From assembly GCA_040386535.1 (NCBI GenBank), contig JAZKFH010000042.1:64001-128000 (forward strand): 64,000 nucleotides of DNA, read 5' to 3'. The DNA comes from Myxococcota bacterium. Its GTDB lineage: Bacteria > Myxococcota_A > UBA796 > SXON01. Shown here piece by piece: positions 33,740 to 41,955 of this stretch. Each line of letters opens with the position of its first letter. Position 1 is the stretch's first letter. The position numbers and the translations under genes were made by a program. The notes under the pieces were generated by a model. That model was not told the origin of the DNA. It saw only the letters and a list, made by a program, of their open reading frames with translations, and did no database searches.

Positions 33740-34681
33740 CTACTCGCCGCCCATCGGGAGCACTGCGGGCCTGGCGCCTTCAGCCCCGAGCGCCGCCGAG
33801 GTGCCGCTTGCGAGAGCATCCACCTGCCCAGCGCCCCAGCGCGCCAGGAGCTCCCAAGCTTGAGGCTCCCCTCGCGTCTGCGGCGGTGCTGCAAGGCCGA
33901 GCAACTGGGCCAGCGGCGCCACGGCGTCGTGTAGCGTGTTGGCTTGGACCCGGCGCACGGCGGACGAGGTCCCCTCCATGGCAGCGAGATCGAGGAGCAT
34001 CGTCACGAGCTCGAACACCGGGAGCCATTGGGGACTCGCGGGCGGGACTCCCCCGAGCACCGTCGCCAACGCCGCCGGGTTGGTAAGCCGAAAGCGAAGC
34101 GCGTTCCCGCTCGGTAGCCGCACCACGATGCCCGCAGCCTCGAGCTCCGAGAGCGTCCGCGCCACGTTCCGCTTCGAGTGTCCTGCCTCGGCGAGCATCG
34201 CCGCGGTGGACCATGCGCCGGGACGCGCGAGCAGATCGCAAAGCACATCCGCACGGGATCCGACGCCGCAGAGCGCGCGTGCGCGCAGGCGAACCAGCGC
34301 AGGGCGCTCGATCGGCAACGGGACCGGACGGAGGCGCGGGAGCGGGTCCCAGATCTGGCCGGCAGCGGGCCACCGTGTGCCGGCTAAGTGGTTGACCGTG
34401 GTGGCGAACGCCTCGAAGTTCACCCGCGCCTGGGGCGGGAGCTTCTTGACCAGCGTGGCCAACCGACCGGCGTTCACGCGGTCGGCGTGGTCGACGCACC
34501 ACGACAGTACCTGCTCCAACAGGCGCGGATCTTCGTGTGCCAGCGTGGGCGTGAACACGAGCAGCGGCTCCAGATCGATCGACGTAGACGAGTGTTTGCG
34601 AGCCACGCCGGGCACCCCGAGCTCGCTCCACAGGCTCCACGCCAGGTCGCCCGCGGCGCGCCGAATCGCCTCGCTATACAT
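33740..34681 (-). CDS. Winged-HTH-containing protein, probable partner/antitoxin of the NTase
   Basis: ATG at 34681 overlaps the NTase stop. AWSLWSELGV..IDLEPLL..DPRL; HTH-like TAAMLAEAGHSKRNVARTLSELEAAGIV. Confidence 0.7.
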   Translation of the reverse strand: MYSEAIRRAAGDLAWSLWSELGVPGVARKHSSTSIDLEPLLVFTPTLAHEDPRLLEQVLSWCVDHADRVNAGRLATLVKKLPPQARVNFEAFATTVNHLAGTRWPAAGQIWDPLPRLRPVPLPIERPALVRLRARALCGVGSRADVLCDLLARPGAWSTAAMLAEAGHSKRNVARTLSELEAAGIVVRLPSGNALRFRLTNPAALATVLGGVPPASPQWLPVFELVTMLLDLAAMEGTSSAVRRVQANTLHDAVAPLAQLLGLAAPPQTRGEPQAWELLARWGAGQVDALASGTSAALGAEGARPAVLPMGGE

Positions 34682-35245
34682 CGGGATCCTCGACGCCGAG
34701 CAAAGCGAGCGCCTGGACGAGCATGTCCCGGAAGCCCTCGGACGTGTCGTGGGTCCCACACCAGCGGGCGGAGGCGAGGAGCTCCTCGCGACCCGGGGTC
34801 AACCGCTGCAGGTCCTTGAAGTGCTTGCTGCGAGGCCCCCGATCGACCGCTGCGTACAGCTTGAAGGCAACTTGATCCACGCGTGAGGCCAATCGCACGG
34901 TGAGGCCCGCGTACTGGTGTGAGACGACGCGCTCGGCGAATCCCGGCGGCAGGCCGAACCGCAGCAAGTCGGTCGGGCCGGCGTTGAGCCAGTCATCGGC
35001 GAGGTCGAGGGCTCGACCCACCTCTCCAATCGCGGCCTGGCCAACGGACCGGGCATGGGCTTCCCCTCCAGCTACCTCTCCCCGTCGATGCGAGAGACGA
35101 TGTCGAGATCGCGAGTCGGTCGATCGATGAGCCCGAGCAGCAGCAGCGCCCCGCCCCCGATGACGACGATGTCGTAGTGCTGCCCGCGCGAGGCGAGAAG
35201 CGCGCCGAGAGTTTCGAGGGCCTCTTGGAGGTCGGCGTGGTGCAT
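34674..35245 (-). pseudogene. Nucleotidyltransferase (DUF6036/AbiEii-like) with a nonsense codon and a frameshift
   Basis: N-terminal VVIGGGALLL...RPTRDLD ends at TAG (35072-35074). The C-terminal part DDWLNAGP...KLYAA..KHFKDL is in another frame. Confidence 0.75.
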
Positions 35246-35259
35246 GGCGAGAGTCTTCA

Positions 35260-35282
35260 ATCGAGACATCCAATGTCTCGAT
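35260..35282. promoter_or_regulatory. Perfect inverted repeat, probable operator of the NTase/wHTH operon
   Basis: ATCGAGACAT-CCA-ATGTCTCGAT just upstream of the NTase start. Confidence 0.6.
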
Positions 35283-35320
35283 ACGGGACGCGGGCCGCCT
35301 GTAGCGCCGAATACATCACT

Positions 35321-35453
35321 TCCCTACCCCGCCTGCACGCGCCTCTGTACGCCGATCCGCGGAAGCACAGCATCCAGCAGCCCTATCTTAGCTCAAACGT
35401 CGGCATCTGGCGCAACGCAAAGGGTTCCAATCCGCTCAAGCAAGGGGCGCCAT
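35321..35453. repeat. Conserved cassette arm + att-like core, copy 2
   Basis: Minus strand reads WRPLLERIGTLCVAPDADV*AKIGLLDAVLPRIGVQRRVQAG*. Same 129-nt length as copy 1. Confidence 0.9.
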
Positions 35454-35483
35454 CGTCCTGCCTGGGGTTCCGCCCTGCCACGC

Positions 35484-35650
35484 TCAGGAACGAAGCCAAT
35501 CCTCCACGGCGTGCCCGCGGAGCAGCCCGATGCACGTGCCTGTATCGAGGACCTTCACAGGGAGTCGACGTCGCGACCCGCAGTACGCGCTGCATAGATG
35601 TCCGCGATCTGCTCGTCCAGCGTTGGTTCGCTCTCCCAGCCTCCCGCGAT
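35484..35650 (-). pseudogene. Degenerate second vapBC copy (internally deleted vapC, 5'-truncated vapB)
   Basis: vapC relic MKVLDTGTCIGLLRGHAVEDWLRS* (35484-35558). vapB tail GGWESEPTLDEQIADIYAARTAGRDVDSL*. Confidence 0.85.
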
Positions 35651-35890
35651 CGATCAAGTCCGGTCACGACGACGACGCGTACATGCACGCCAATGCACGG
35701 AGGGGCAACGAGGGTCACCGCCCGTAGTCCTCGTCGGAGTGTGCATGGGCGACCACGCAGGGCACGGTGCCTCGGCGCCCGGGACAACGGGGGTGTTGCC
35801 ATCGCTCACGCGGCGCCGACCGCGCCCGGTGAGCGATCCGGCCCACACGAACTTCAGCGCATCCGGCTGAGCCTCGCATAAACTCCCGCC

Positions 35891-37162
35891 GTGCTCGCCT
35901 CCCTCCTGTTCGCCACCGCGTTCGCCGCGTCGCTGTCGCTGCCCCCCGCGAGCGATCCGTCGGCGTGGTCGAGCGCAGCGCGCCTCGCGGGATTCACGCT
36001 CGCGCCTTCTGGATCTCCGGCCGATGTGATCTGCTTGGCGACGAATGGGGATTGGCAACTCCGGGTCGAAGGACTCGACGGGCAGGTGCGGTCGGTGAGC
36101 GTGGAGATCCCCGCGACCTCCGCGGAGCGCGAGGACATCGCGTGGCTGGCGGCGAGCCTGCTGGCGTCCGTCGTGGCGGACGGGGGCGGCGTACGCCCGG
36201 CCCTCGCGCCGATGATTGAACCCGCGACGTCTCAACGGCCCGCGCCGCCGCAACGGCCCACGACGCCGGAACGGCCCGCCGCGCGGCCGCCGCCCGCGAT
36301 GCCACCGGTCGCGCGCCTTCCCCGTGTCGCCGCGGAGCCATCGGCCCCCGAGGTGCCCCTGCCCGCCGTGGTGCTCCCGCCACCCGCCGCGGGGCTCCCG
36401 CCACCCGCCGCCGCGATCCCGCCACCGGCGGCGACGACACCGGCGGCGACGGCGGCGACGACGGCGGCGACGACACCGGCGGCGACGACACCGCCGGCCC
36501 CGACACCGCCGCCCCCCGACCTCCCCCTGCCCGCCGCGCTTCCGCCGGCCCCCGACCCCGCGATCGCGACCCTCGCCCCGCCCGGTCCGCTCCCCGCCTC
36601 CCCGCCCCTTCCGCCACCGCCCATCGCTCCCTCCGACGTGCCCCCGCCGATCGTCGCGCGTCCGCGACCGCGCCTCGGCCTCCAGGTCGCGCTCGGGCCC
36701 GCGGTGGTGCTCCGTCCGTCAATCGCGCCCGCCGTTGCCGTTCCCTTCGCCGCCGGGCTCCTGGTCGGCGGCCGCGACTGGTTCTTCGTCGAGGGCGCGC
36801 CCCTCACGGACCGGACGCTCGGCGCCCTCGGGGACGAGAGGCACGTCGCGACCGTCGAGGTGCGCGCGGGATACACGTGGTGCCTGGATCGTCCGTTCGC
36901 GCCGATGTTCGGCGCGGTCGCGGGGGTGTCGGTGCGCTCCTGGCACGAGGGGGACACCCGCGTGCACGCCGCCCCGATCCCGGTGCTCGGCGCGGAGGGC
37001 GGCGCGGTCCTCCGGCTCACGCCGGGGATGGCGCTCCGAGCGACCGCGCGGCTCGAAGGAGACCTCGCTCCTACCACGATCTCCGTCGGAGACGCGGCGG
37101 CCGAGCCGTTCTCGCCGTGGCAGCCGAGCCTGGGAATCTCGCTCATCGCGCACGTTCCGTGA
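35891..37162 (+). CDS. Exported Pro-rich protein with beta-strand-rich C-terminus (ECF-locus associated)
   Basis: Signal peptide, long Pro/Ala/Thr linker, amphipathic beta strands. Confidence 0.6.
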   Translation: MLASLLFATAFAASLSLPPASDPSAWSSAARLAGFTLAPSGSPADVICLATNGDWQLRVEGLDGQVRSVSVEIPATSAEREDIAWLAASLLASVVADGGGVRPALAPMIEPATSQRPAPPQRPTTPERPAARPPPAMPPVARLPRVAAEPSAPEVPLPAVVLPPPAAGLPPPAAAIPPPAATTPAATAATTAATTPAATTPPAPTPPPPDLPLPAALPPAPDPAIATLAPPGPLPASPPLPPPPIAPSDVPPPIVARPRPRLGLQVALGPAVVLRPSIAPAVAVPFAAGLLVGGRDWFFVEGAPLTDRTLGALGDERHVATVEVRAGYTWCLDRPFAPMFGAVAGVSVRSWHEGDTRVHAAPIPVLGAEGGAVLRLTPGMALRATARLEGDLAPTTISVGDAAAEPFSPWQPSLGISLIAHVP

Positions 37163-37194
37163 TCGTTTTGCCGACCTGCTTGCTCTGATCGTTC

Positions 37195-37737
37195 GTGCAA
37201 GCCCCCTCCGCCCTCCTGCTCGATGCCGTACGTCGCGACGATGACGCCGCGCGCGTCGCGTTCGTCCGCACCTGGGGGCCGGTCGTGCTGCGGTGGTCCG
37301 CGCGGCTCGGCGGGCCGGGGGTCGATCCCGAGGACGTCGCGCACGACGTGATGCTGCGGGTGCTCGGCAGCCTCGGCCAGCTGCGTGCGCCCGAGGCCTT
37401 TCCGACCTGGCTGTTCCAGATCACGCGGCGGGAGGTGCAGCGTCATCGCCGCCGCGCGTGGTTCCGCCACTGGCTCCCCGGCGCCCCCGCCGACGCCGTC
37501 GATCCAGGCGTGGACCCCGCGCGGACCGACATCGTCCGCAAGGTGCAGCTCGCGCTCGACGCGCTGCCTGCCGAGCTGCGCGAGGTCCTGGTCCTGTGTG
37601 ACCTCGAGGAGCGCCCGGATCCCGAGGTGGCCCTCCTCCTCGCGATCCCGGTCGGCACGGTCAAGAGCCGCCTTCGGCGCGCGCGCGCGGCCTTCGAGGC
37701 CGAGGCCCGCCGCCGTCGCATCCCGGAGGAGCGATGA
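37195..37737 (+). CDS. ECF RNA polymerase sigma factor
   Basis: EDVAHDV..FPTWLFQIT (region 2), EVA.LL.IPVGTVKSRL.RAR (region 4). Confidence 0.92.
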   Translation: MQAPSALLLDAVRRDDDAARVAFVRTWGPVVLRWSARLGGPGVDPEDVAHDVMLRVLGSLGQLRAPEAFPTWLFQITRREVQRHRRRAWFRHWLPGAPADAVDPGVDPARTDIVRKVQLALDALPAELREVLVLCDLEERPDPEVALLLAIPVGTVKSRLRRARAAFEAEARRRRIPEER

Positions 37738-38543
37738 TCGAGCGCATCGCCGAGGCCACCGAGCCGACGCCCGAGGCGTGCGAGCGGCTGACGGCGGCGT
37801 TCTCGAACCGGTCGACCCACGATCGGCTCGCGCACCTTCCGACCCCACCGGTCGACCTAGCGCGGCTGCTCGAGCCTCGCCGCTCCCGCGCCCCATGGCG
37901 ACTTCTCCCAGTCGCCGTCGCGATTGTGGTTGCGCTCGCAGTCGGGTTGCGGCCCTCTCCGCCGGTACGCGCCCAGCTGGACGCCCCGGCCGAGGTCGCC
38001 CTTGCGCTGACCCCCGAGGTCGCCCTGGTCTACGCCGGCGTGGGCGTGGTGGACGGGACCCGGGACGCCCCGCGGATTCAGTGGGAGGTCGGCGAGCTGA
38101 ACGTGTCCGTCGAGCCGGGCATCAAGCTCGCGGTCACGACGGACGAAGGCACCGCGCGGGTGCACGGCACCCGGTTCCGCGTCGTCCGCGACGTGTTCGG
38201 CACCACGGTGTCGGTCTCCGAAGGGGAGGTCGCCGTCAGCTGCGGCGCGGTCCTGCTCGGGCCCGGCGAGTCCCGCACCTGCCCGCCGCTCCGCCCCGCC
38301 GGGCTCCTCGCTCGGGCGCGCGCGCTCAGCGTCCGCTCGGACGCACTCGCCTCCGTACGAGACGGCTTGGCGATCGTCGGCTCCGACGATCCGGTGCGGG
38401 GGGAGCTCCTCGCGCTCCAAGCCAAGCTCTACGCCGAAGACGGCAACCCCGAGGCCGCCCGCTCCGCCGCCCGCCTCTACCTCGCCGGCGGCTACGCCGC
38501 GCGAACGTCCGCAATGCGCCACCTGTTGGAGACCACGCCATGA
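37734..38543 (+). CDS. FecR-domain anti-sigma factor
   Basis: ATGA overlap with the sigma gene. TM helix, ARVHGTRFRV..VSVSEGEVAV. Confidence 0.8.
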   Translation: MIERIAEATEPTPEACERLTAAFSNRSTHDRLAHLPTPPVDLARLLEPRRSRAPWRLLPVAVAIVVALAVGLRPSPPVRAQLDAPAEVALALTPEVALVYAGVGVVDGTRDAPRIQWEVGELNVSVEPGIKLAVTTDEGTARVHGTRFRVVRDVFGTTVSVSEGEVAVSCGAVLLGPGESRTCPPLRPAGLLARARALSVRSDALASVRDGLAIVGSDDPVRGELLALQAKLYAEDGNPEAARSAARLYLAGGYAARTSAMRHLLETTP

Positions 38544-40057
38544 GAATCAGCCTCCTGTTCCTGCTCGCCGGCTGCCCCACCGACGAGGTCGAGTTTCCCG
38601 GCGACACCGGCGACACGGGCGCGGTCGACACGGACGACACGGACGACACGGACGACACGGACGACACGGACGACACCGACGACACCGACGACACGGACGA
38701 CACCGACACGGGCGGGCCATACGTCCCGATCGAGCGCTCGATCGACGACGCGGATCGGGTCCTCGCGGGCACCGACACCTGGGGCTACTCCGGCGGGTCC
38801 CTCTCGACCGCCGGGGACCTCGACGGCGACGGCCTTCCGGACCTCATCGTCGGCGCCTACAACGAGACGACGGGCGCCGCTCACTCCGGTGCCGTGTACC
38901 TCGTCACGGCAGCCGACCTCGCCGCGGCCGACCCCAGTGTGGACCACCGTCTCCCGACGATCGGACGGGAGCTCGTCGGCGACGGCCCCTTCTCCGGCGC
39001 AGGCATCAAGGTCGAGGGTGGCGAAGACGTGGACGGAGACGGCCTCGCGGACGTGATCGTGGCCGCGTTCCACAACCCCTACGACACCGGGTTCAACGGC
39101 GTGCACATCTTTTCGAGCCCAGCCACGGGCGCCGGCACGTCGGGCAGCATGGACGACGCCGAAGCCAGCTTCGCCTGCGCCGGCTCCCGCGCCAGCGGGT
39201 CAGCCGCGTTCGGTGGGGATGCCGACAGCGACGGCCGCGAGGACGTGCTGATCGGGTGCCCGTGGGACGGAGCGGGCGGCGTCGTCTACGTCATGGACGC
39301 CAGCACGCCCGGCTTGCAGGGCCCCGCCGATGCGAGGAGCAGCCTGGAATACGGGGTCGAGGGCTACTTTGCCGGCGAGACGTTGACGACGCTGGGCGAT
39401 GTCGACGGCGACGGCCTCGAGGACCTCGGCGTGGGCGGGCGCGGAATGGACTCGTGGGAGGCGCGCGGCTACGCCTGGGTCGTCGTGGACCACGATGCGG
39501 GTGACCACGCCATGGGGGACCAGGCGCACACGCTCATCAGCGAGACCCCGGGCGACTATGGCGGGTATCAGCTGGTGCGCGCGGGAGACGCGGACGGGGA
39601 CGGACGCGACGACGTGCTCGTCACCGCGATGGCCAGCGACTTCGGGGCCGACAACGGCGGGGCCATCATGCTGCTCTCGGGCGTGACGTGGGCCGCGGGC
39701 TCGACCACCTCGCTGCCGGACGGCGTGACGCTGATGCTTTATGGCACCGACGCCGAGGGCTACGCCGGGGCCTGGTCCGCGCCCGCTGGCGATGTCGACG
39801 GCGACGGGGAGCGAGACCTGCTCATCGGGGGCGCGACCGGGTGGCTGCAGTACGGGCCGTTCGGGACGGGCACGGTCCCCCTCTCGGGGGTGGCCGACTC
39901 CATCACGGGGACGTCGGAGTACGGCGTGGCGGGGCTCGCAGGCCTCGGGGACATCAACGCGGATGGCTTCGACGACTTCGCCGTGGCCGACCGGGGCGCG
40001 GACACGGACATGCTCGAAGCCGGGAAGACCTACCTCTTCTACGGAGCCGAGCGGTAG
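38540..40057 (+). CDS. FG-GAP (integrin-alpha) repeat lipoprotein
   Basis: Lipobox LAGC, (DDT)n linker, repeated AGDxDGDGxxDxxVGA. Confidence 0.85.
   Translation: MRISLLFLLAGCPTDEVEFPGDTGDTGAVDTDDTDDTDDTDDTDDTDDTDDTDDTDTGGPYVPIERSIDDADRVLAGTDTWGYSGGSLSTAGDLDGDGLPDLIVGAYNETTGAAHSGAVYLVTAADLAAADPSVDHRLPTIGRELVGDGPFSGAGIKVEGGEDVDGDGLADVIVAAFHNPYDTGFNGVHIFSSPATGAGTSGSMDDAEASFACAGSRASGSAAFGGDADSDGREDVLIGCPWDGAGGVVYVMDASTPGLQGPADARSSLEYGVEGYFAGETLTTLGDVDGDGLEDLGVGGRGMDSWEARGYAWVVVDHDAGDHAMGDQAHTLISETPGDYGGYQLVRAGDADGDGRDDVLVTAMASDFGADNGGAIMLLSGVTWAAGSTTSLPDGVTLMLYGTDAEGYAGAWSAPAGDVDGDGERDLLIGGATGWLQYGPFGTGTVPLSGVADSITGTSEYGVAGLAGLGDINADGFDDFAVADRGADTDMLEAGKTYLFYGAER
38627..38710 (+). repeat. 9-bp tandem repeat GACGACAC(G/C) encoding (DDT)n
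   Basis: About 9 consecutive units in the lipoprotein linker. Confidence 0.9.
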
Positions 40058-40068
40058 GGCGGGGCGCC

Positions 40069-41760
40069 TCAGCTCCTGCGAGCGCGGCGGCTGCGCCGGG
40101 CGCCGACCAAGGCGAGCAAGGCCGCGAGCCAGCCCGCGCTCGGCGGGCTCTGGGTGGCGCACCCACAGCCGACGGCGGCGGCGTCGGCGTGACCGGTGTC
40201 GTCCGCATCGGTGTCGGTGTCGGTGTCGGTATCAGTATCAGTATCGGTATCGGTATCGGTATCGGTATCGGTATCGGTATCGGTGTCGGTGTCGGTGTCG
40301 GTGTCGGTATCAGTATCAGTATCAGTATCAGTGTCGGTGTCCGTGTCCGTGTCCGTGTCGGTGTCTCCCTCGACCGCGTCGCTGCCATCGCAGTCCTGGT
40401 CGATGCCGTCCCCCGCGATGTCGGTCGCGCCGGGGTGCACGGCGGCGGATCCATCGTCGCAGTCGGTGTCCGTGTCGTAGCCGTCCCCGTCCGCGTCCAG
40501 CCCCTCGCGGTACCCGTGGTACACGATCGCGTAGCCGGGCCCGCGGTACCCGCCCACGCCCACGAGGATGTCGTCGAGGCCGTCCCCGTTCACGTCGCCG
40601 CCGCCGGACACGTACGCACCGTCCTGGTATTCGCCAGTGTCGTAGGTGACGGTGGTCGCGGCGGAGTCCAGCCCCGATGCCGAGCCGACGAACACGTTCC
40701 CGAGCGGCACCGTCGACGTGTAGTCATAGGTCGCGACGATGACGTCGTCGTAGCCGTCCCCGTTCACGTCGCCCGCGCCCGACACGTCGTCGCCGAAGTG
40801 ATCGGAGTAGATCGTGCCGCTCACCGTGGACAGCGGCGTGGTGACGACTCCCGCGCTCGAGCCCGCGTAGAGGTGAACGTCCCCGAGGTCGGAGCTCTCG
40901 ACGCTCCGCTCGCCGACGATGACGTCGGCGTAGCCGTCCCCGTTCACGTCGCCCGCGCCGGAGACCTCGCCGGCGAACTCGGGACCCGAGCTGAGCATGG
41001 TGGTCCAGTACTCGGACAGCCCGCCGGCGGACCCGGTGTGGATGAAGGCGAGCCCCCCACCGCCCATCCCGCCGAGCGCCCCCACGATCACGTCGTCGTA
41101 GCCGTCGCCGTCCACGTCTCCCGCGCCCGACACGCTCTCCCCGAAGAAGGCGTAGGAGTCGTACCCGGTGTGCACGCTGTCCGCCGTCGGTGACAATCCG
41201 GCGGAGGAGCCGAGGTAGACGTACACGGCCCCTGCGGAACGGTCGTGCGTGTAGGCCCCGACGACCACGTCGCCGTAGCCGTCCCCGTTCACGTCCCCCG
41301 CGCCCGCGATGGCATGCCCGAAGGTGTCGCCGTTGGATTCGCCCGTCAACGTGGTGGCGGGGGTGCCTGAGATGCCCGTGGCGCTTCCGAGGTACAGGTA
41401 CACCGTCCCGGGCAGGTCGGTGTTGCCCGGCGCGCCCACGAGCACGTCGTCGTAGCCGTCCCCGTCCACGTCGCCCGCGCCGGCGACCGCGCCCCCGAAG
41501 TCGATGTCCGAGGCGGCTCCGGAGAGGGTGGCGGCGGCGGTCGGGGACACCCCGCCGGCAGACCCCATGTACACGAACGCCTCGCCGCCGCTTCCACCCC
41601 CCGCGCCCACGATGACGTCGGCGTACCCGTCCCCATCGACGTCCCCCGCGGTGGAGACCACCTCGAAGCTGCTGCTGCCTTCGGAGAGGACTGTGGCCGG
41701 TGTGGTCAAGACCGCATCCGTCGCGTGATCGGACGTGAACGCGAGGACGATGAGCAGCAT
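40069..41760 (-). CDS. FG-GAP repeat surface protein with metal-binding motif and MYXO-CTERM-like tail
   Basis: Repeated AGDVxGDGYxDV; DCDD..VHPGA...DGIDQDCDG; (DT)n; GCGCA-hydrophobic-RRxRR tail. Confidence 0.85.
   Translation of the reverse strand: MLLIVLAFTSDHATDAVLTTPATVLSEGSSSFEVVSTAGDVDGDGYADVIVGAGGGSGGEAFVYMGSAGGVSPTAAATLSGAASDIDFGGAVAGAGDVDGDGYDDVLVGAPGNTDLPGTVYLYLGSATGISGTPATTLTGESNGDTFGHAIAGAGDVNGDGYGDVVVGAYTHDRSAGAVYVYLGSSAGLSPTADSVHTGYDSYAFFGESVSGAGDVDGDGYDDVIVGALGGMGGGGLAFIHTGSAGGLSEYWTTMLSSGPEFAGEVSGAGDVNGDGYADVIVGERSVESSDLGDVHLYAGSSAGVVTTPLSTVSGTIYSDHFGDDVSGAGDVNGDGYDDVIVATYDYTSTVPLGNVFVGSASGLDSAATTVTYDTGEYQDGAYVSGGGDVNGDGLDDILVGVGGYRGPGYAIVYHGYREGLDADGDGYDTDTDCDDGSAAVHPGATDIAGDGIDQDCDGSDAVEGDTDTDTDTDTDTDTDTDTDTDTDTDTDTDTDTDTDTDTDTDTDTDTDTDTDTDADDTGHADAAAVGCGCATQSPPSAGWLAALLALVGARRSRRARRS
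40207..40365 (-). repeat. 6-bp tandem repeat encoding (Asp-Thr)n
   Basis: About 26 GAYACN units in blocks of GACACC/GATACC/GATACT. Confidence 0.9.
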
Positions 41761-41909
41761 GAGGAAGCTCTCGGAACGTTGGTTCGTCCGGTCAAGGCTA
41801 CCCCTGGGTGCCCTGCGCCACAGGTTGCTTGTTGTTCCCAATGTATCGAACGGCGCTGCGAAGTGTCAGAGAGAGGTGGCCGTTGTTCCAGCCATACCCG
41901 CGGCGGACG

Positions 41910-41938
41910 TTGACTCCCGGTTGAGCCCGACCTATAGC
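41910..41938 (+). promoter_or_regulatory. Putative sigma70 promoter of the LysM gene
   Basis: TTGACT-N17-TATAGC upstream of GTG 41956. Confidence 0.4.
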
Positions 41939-41955
41939 GGCGCCGAGAGGGCAAC

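Larger units (their letters stand above)
33653..35453. mobile_element. tRNA-array mini-cassette 2 (NTase pseudogene + wHTH gene, ~1.8 kb)
   Basis: Between the cores at 33643-33652 and 35444-35453. Ends in arm copy 2. Confidence 0.7.

Noticed and set aside
35030..35080. Programmed frameshift or readthrough in the NTase
   Set aside because: There are two separate lesions and no evident slippery heptamer, so pseudogenisation is the simpler explanation.
32637..35650. Prophage or classical integron
   Set aside because: There are no integrase, phage structural genes or attC-type palindromes; only att-like cores and TA-type cargo.
40196..40480. CRISPR array, or a poly-SV ORF on the plus strand
   Set aside because: These are spacer-less 6-bp tandem units, and the ORF is the antisense shadow of a (DT)n linker. 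No cas genes are present.
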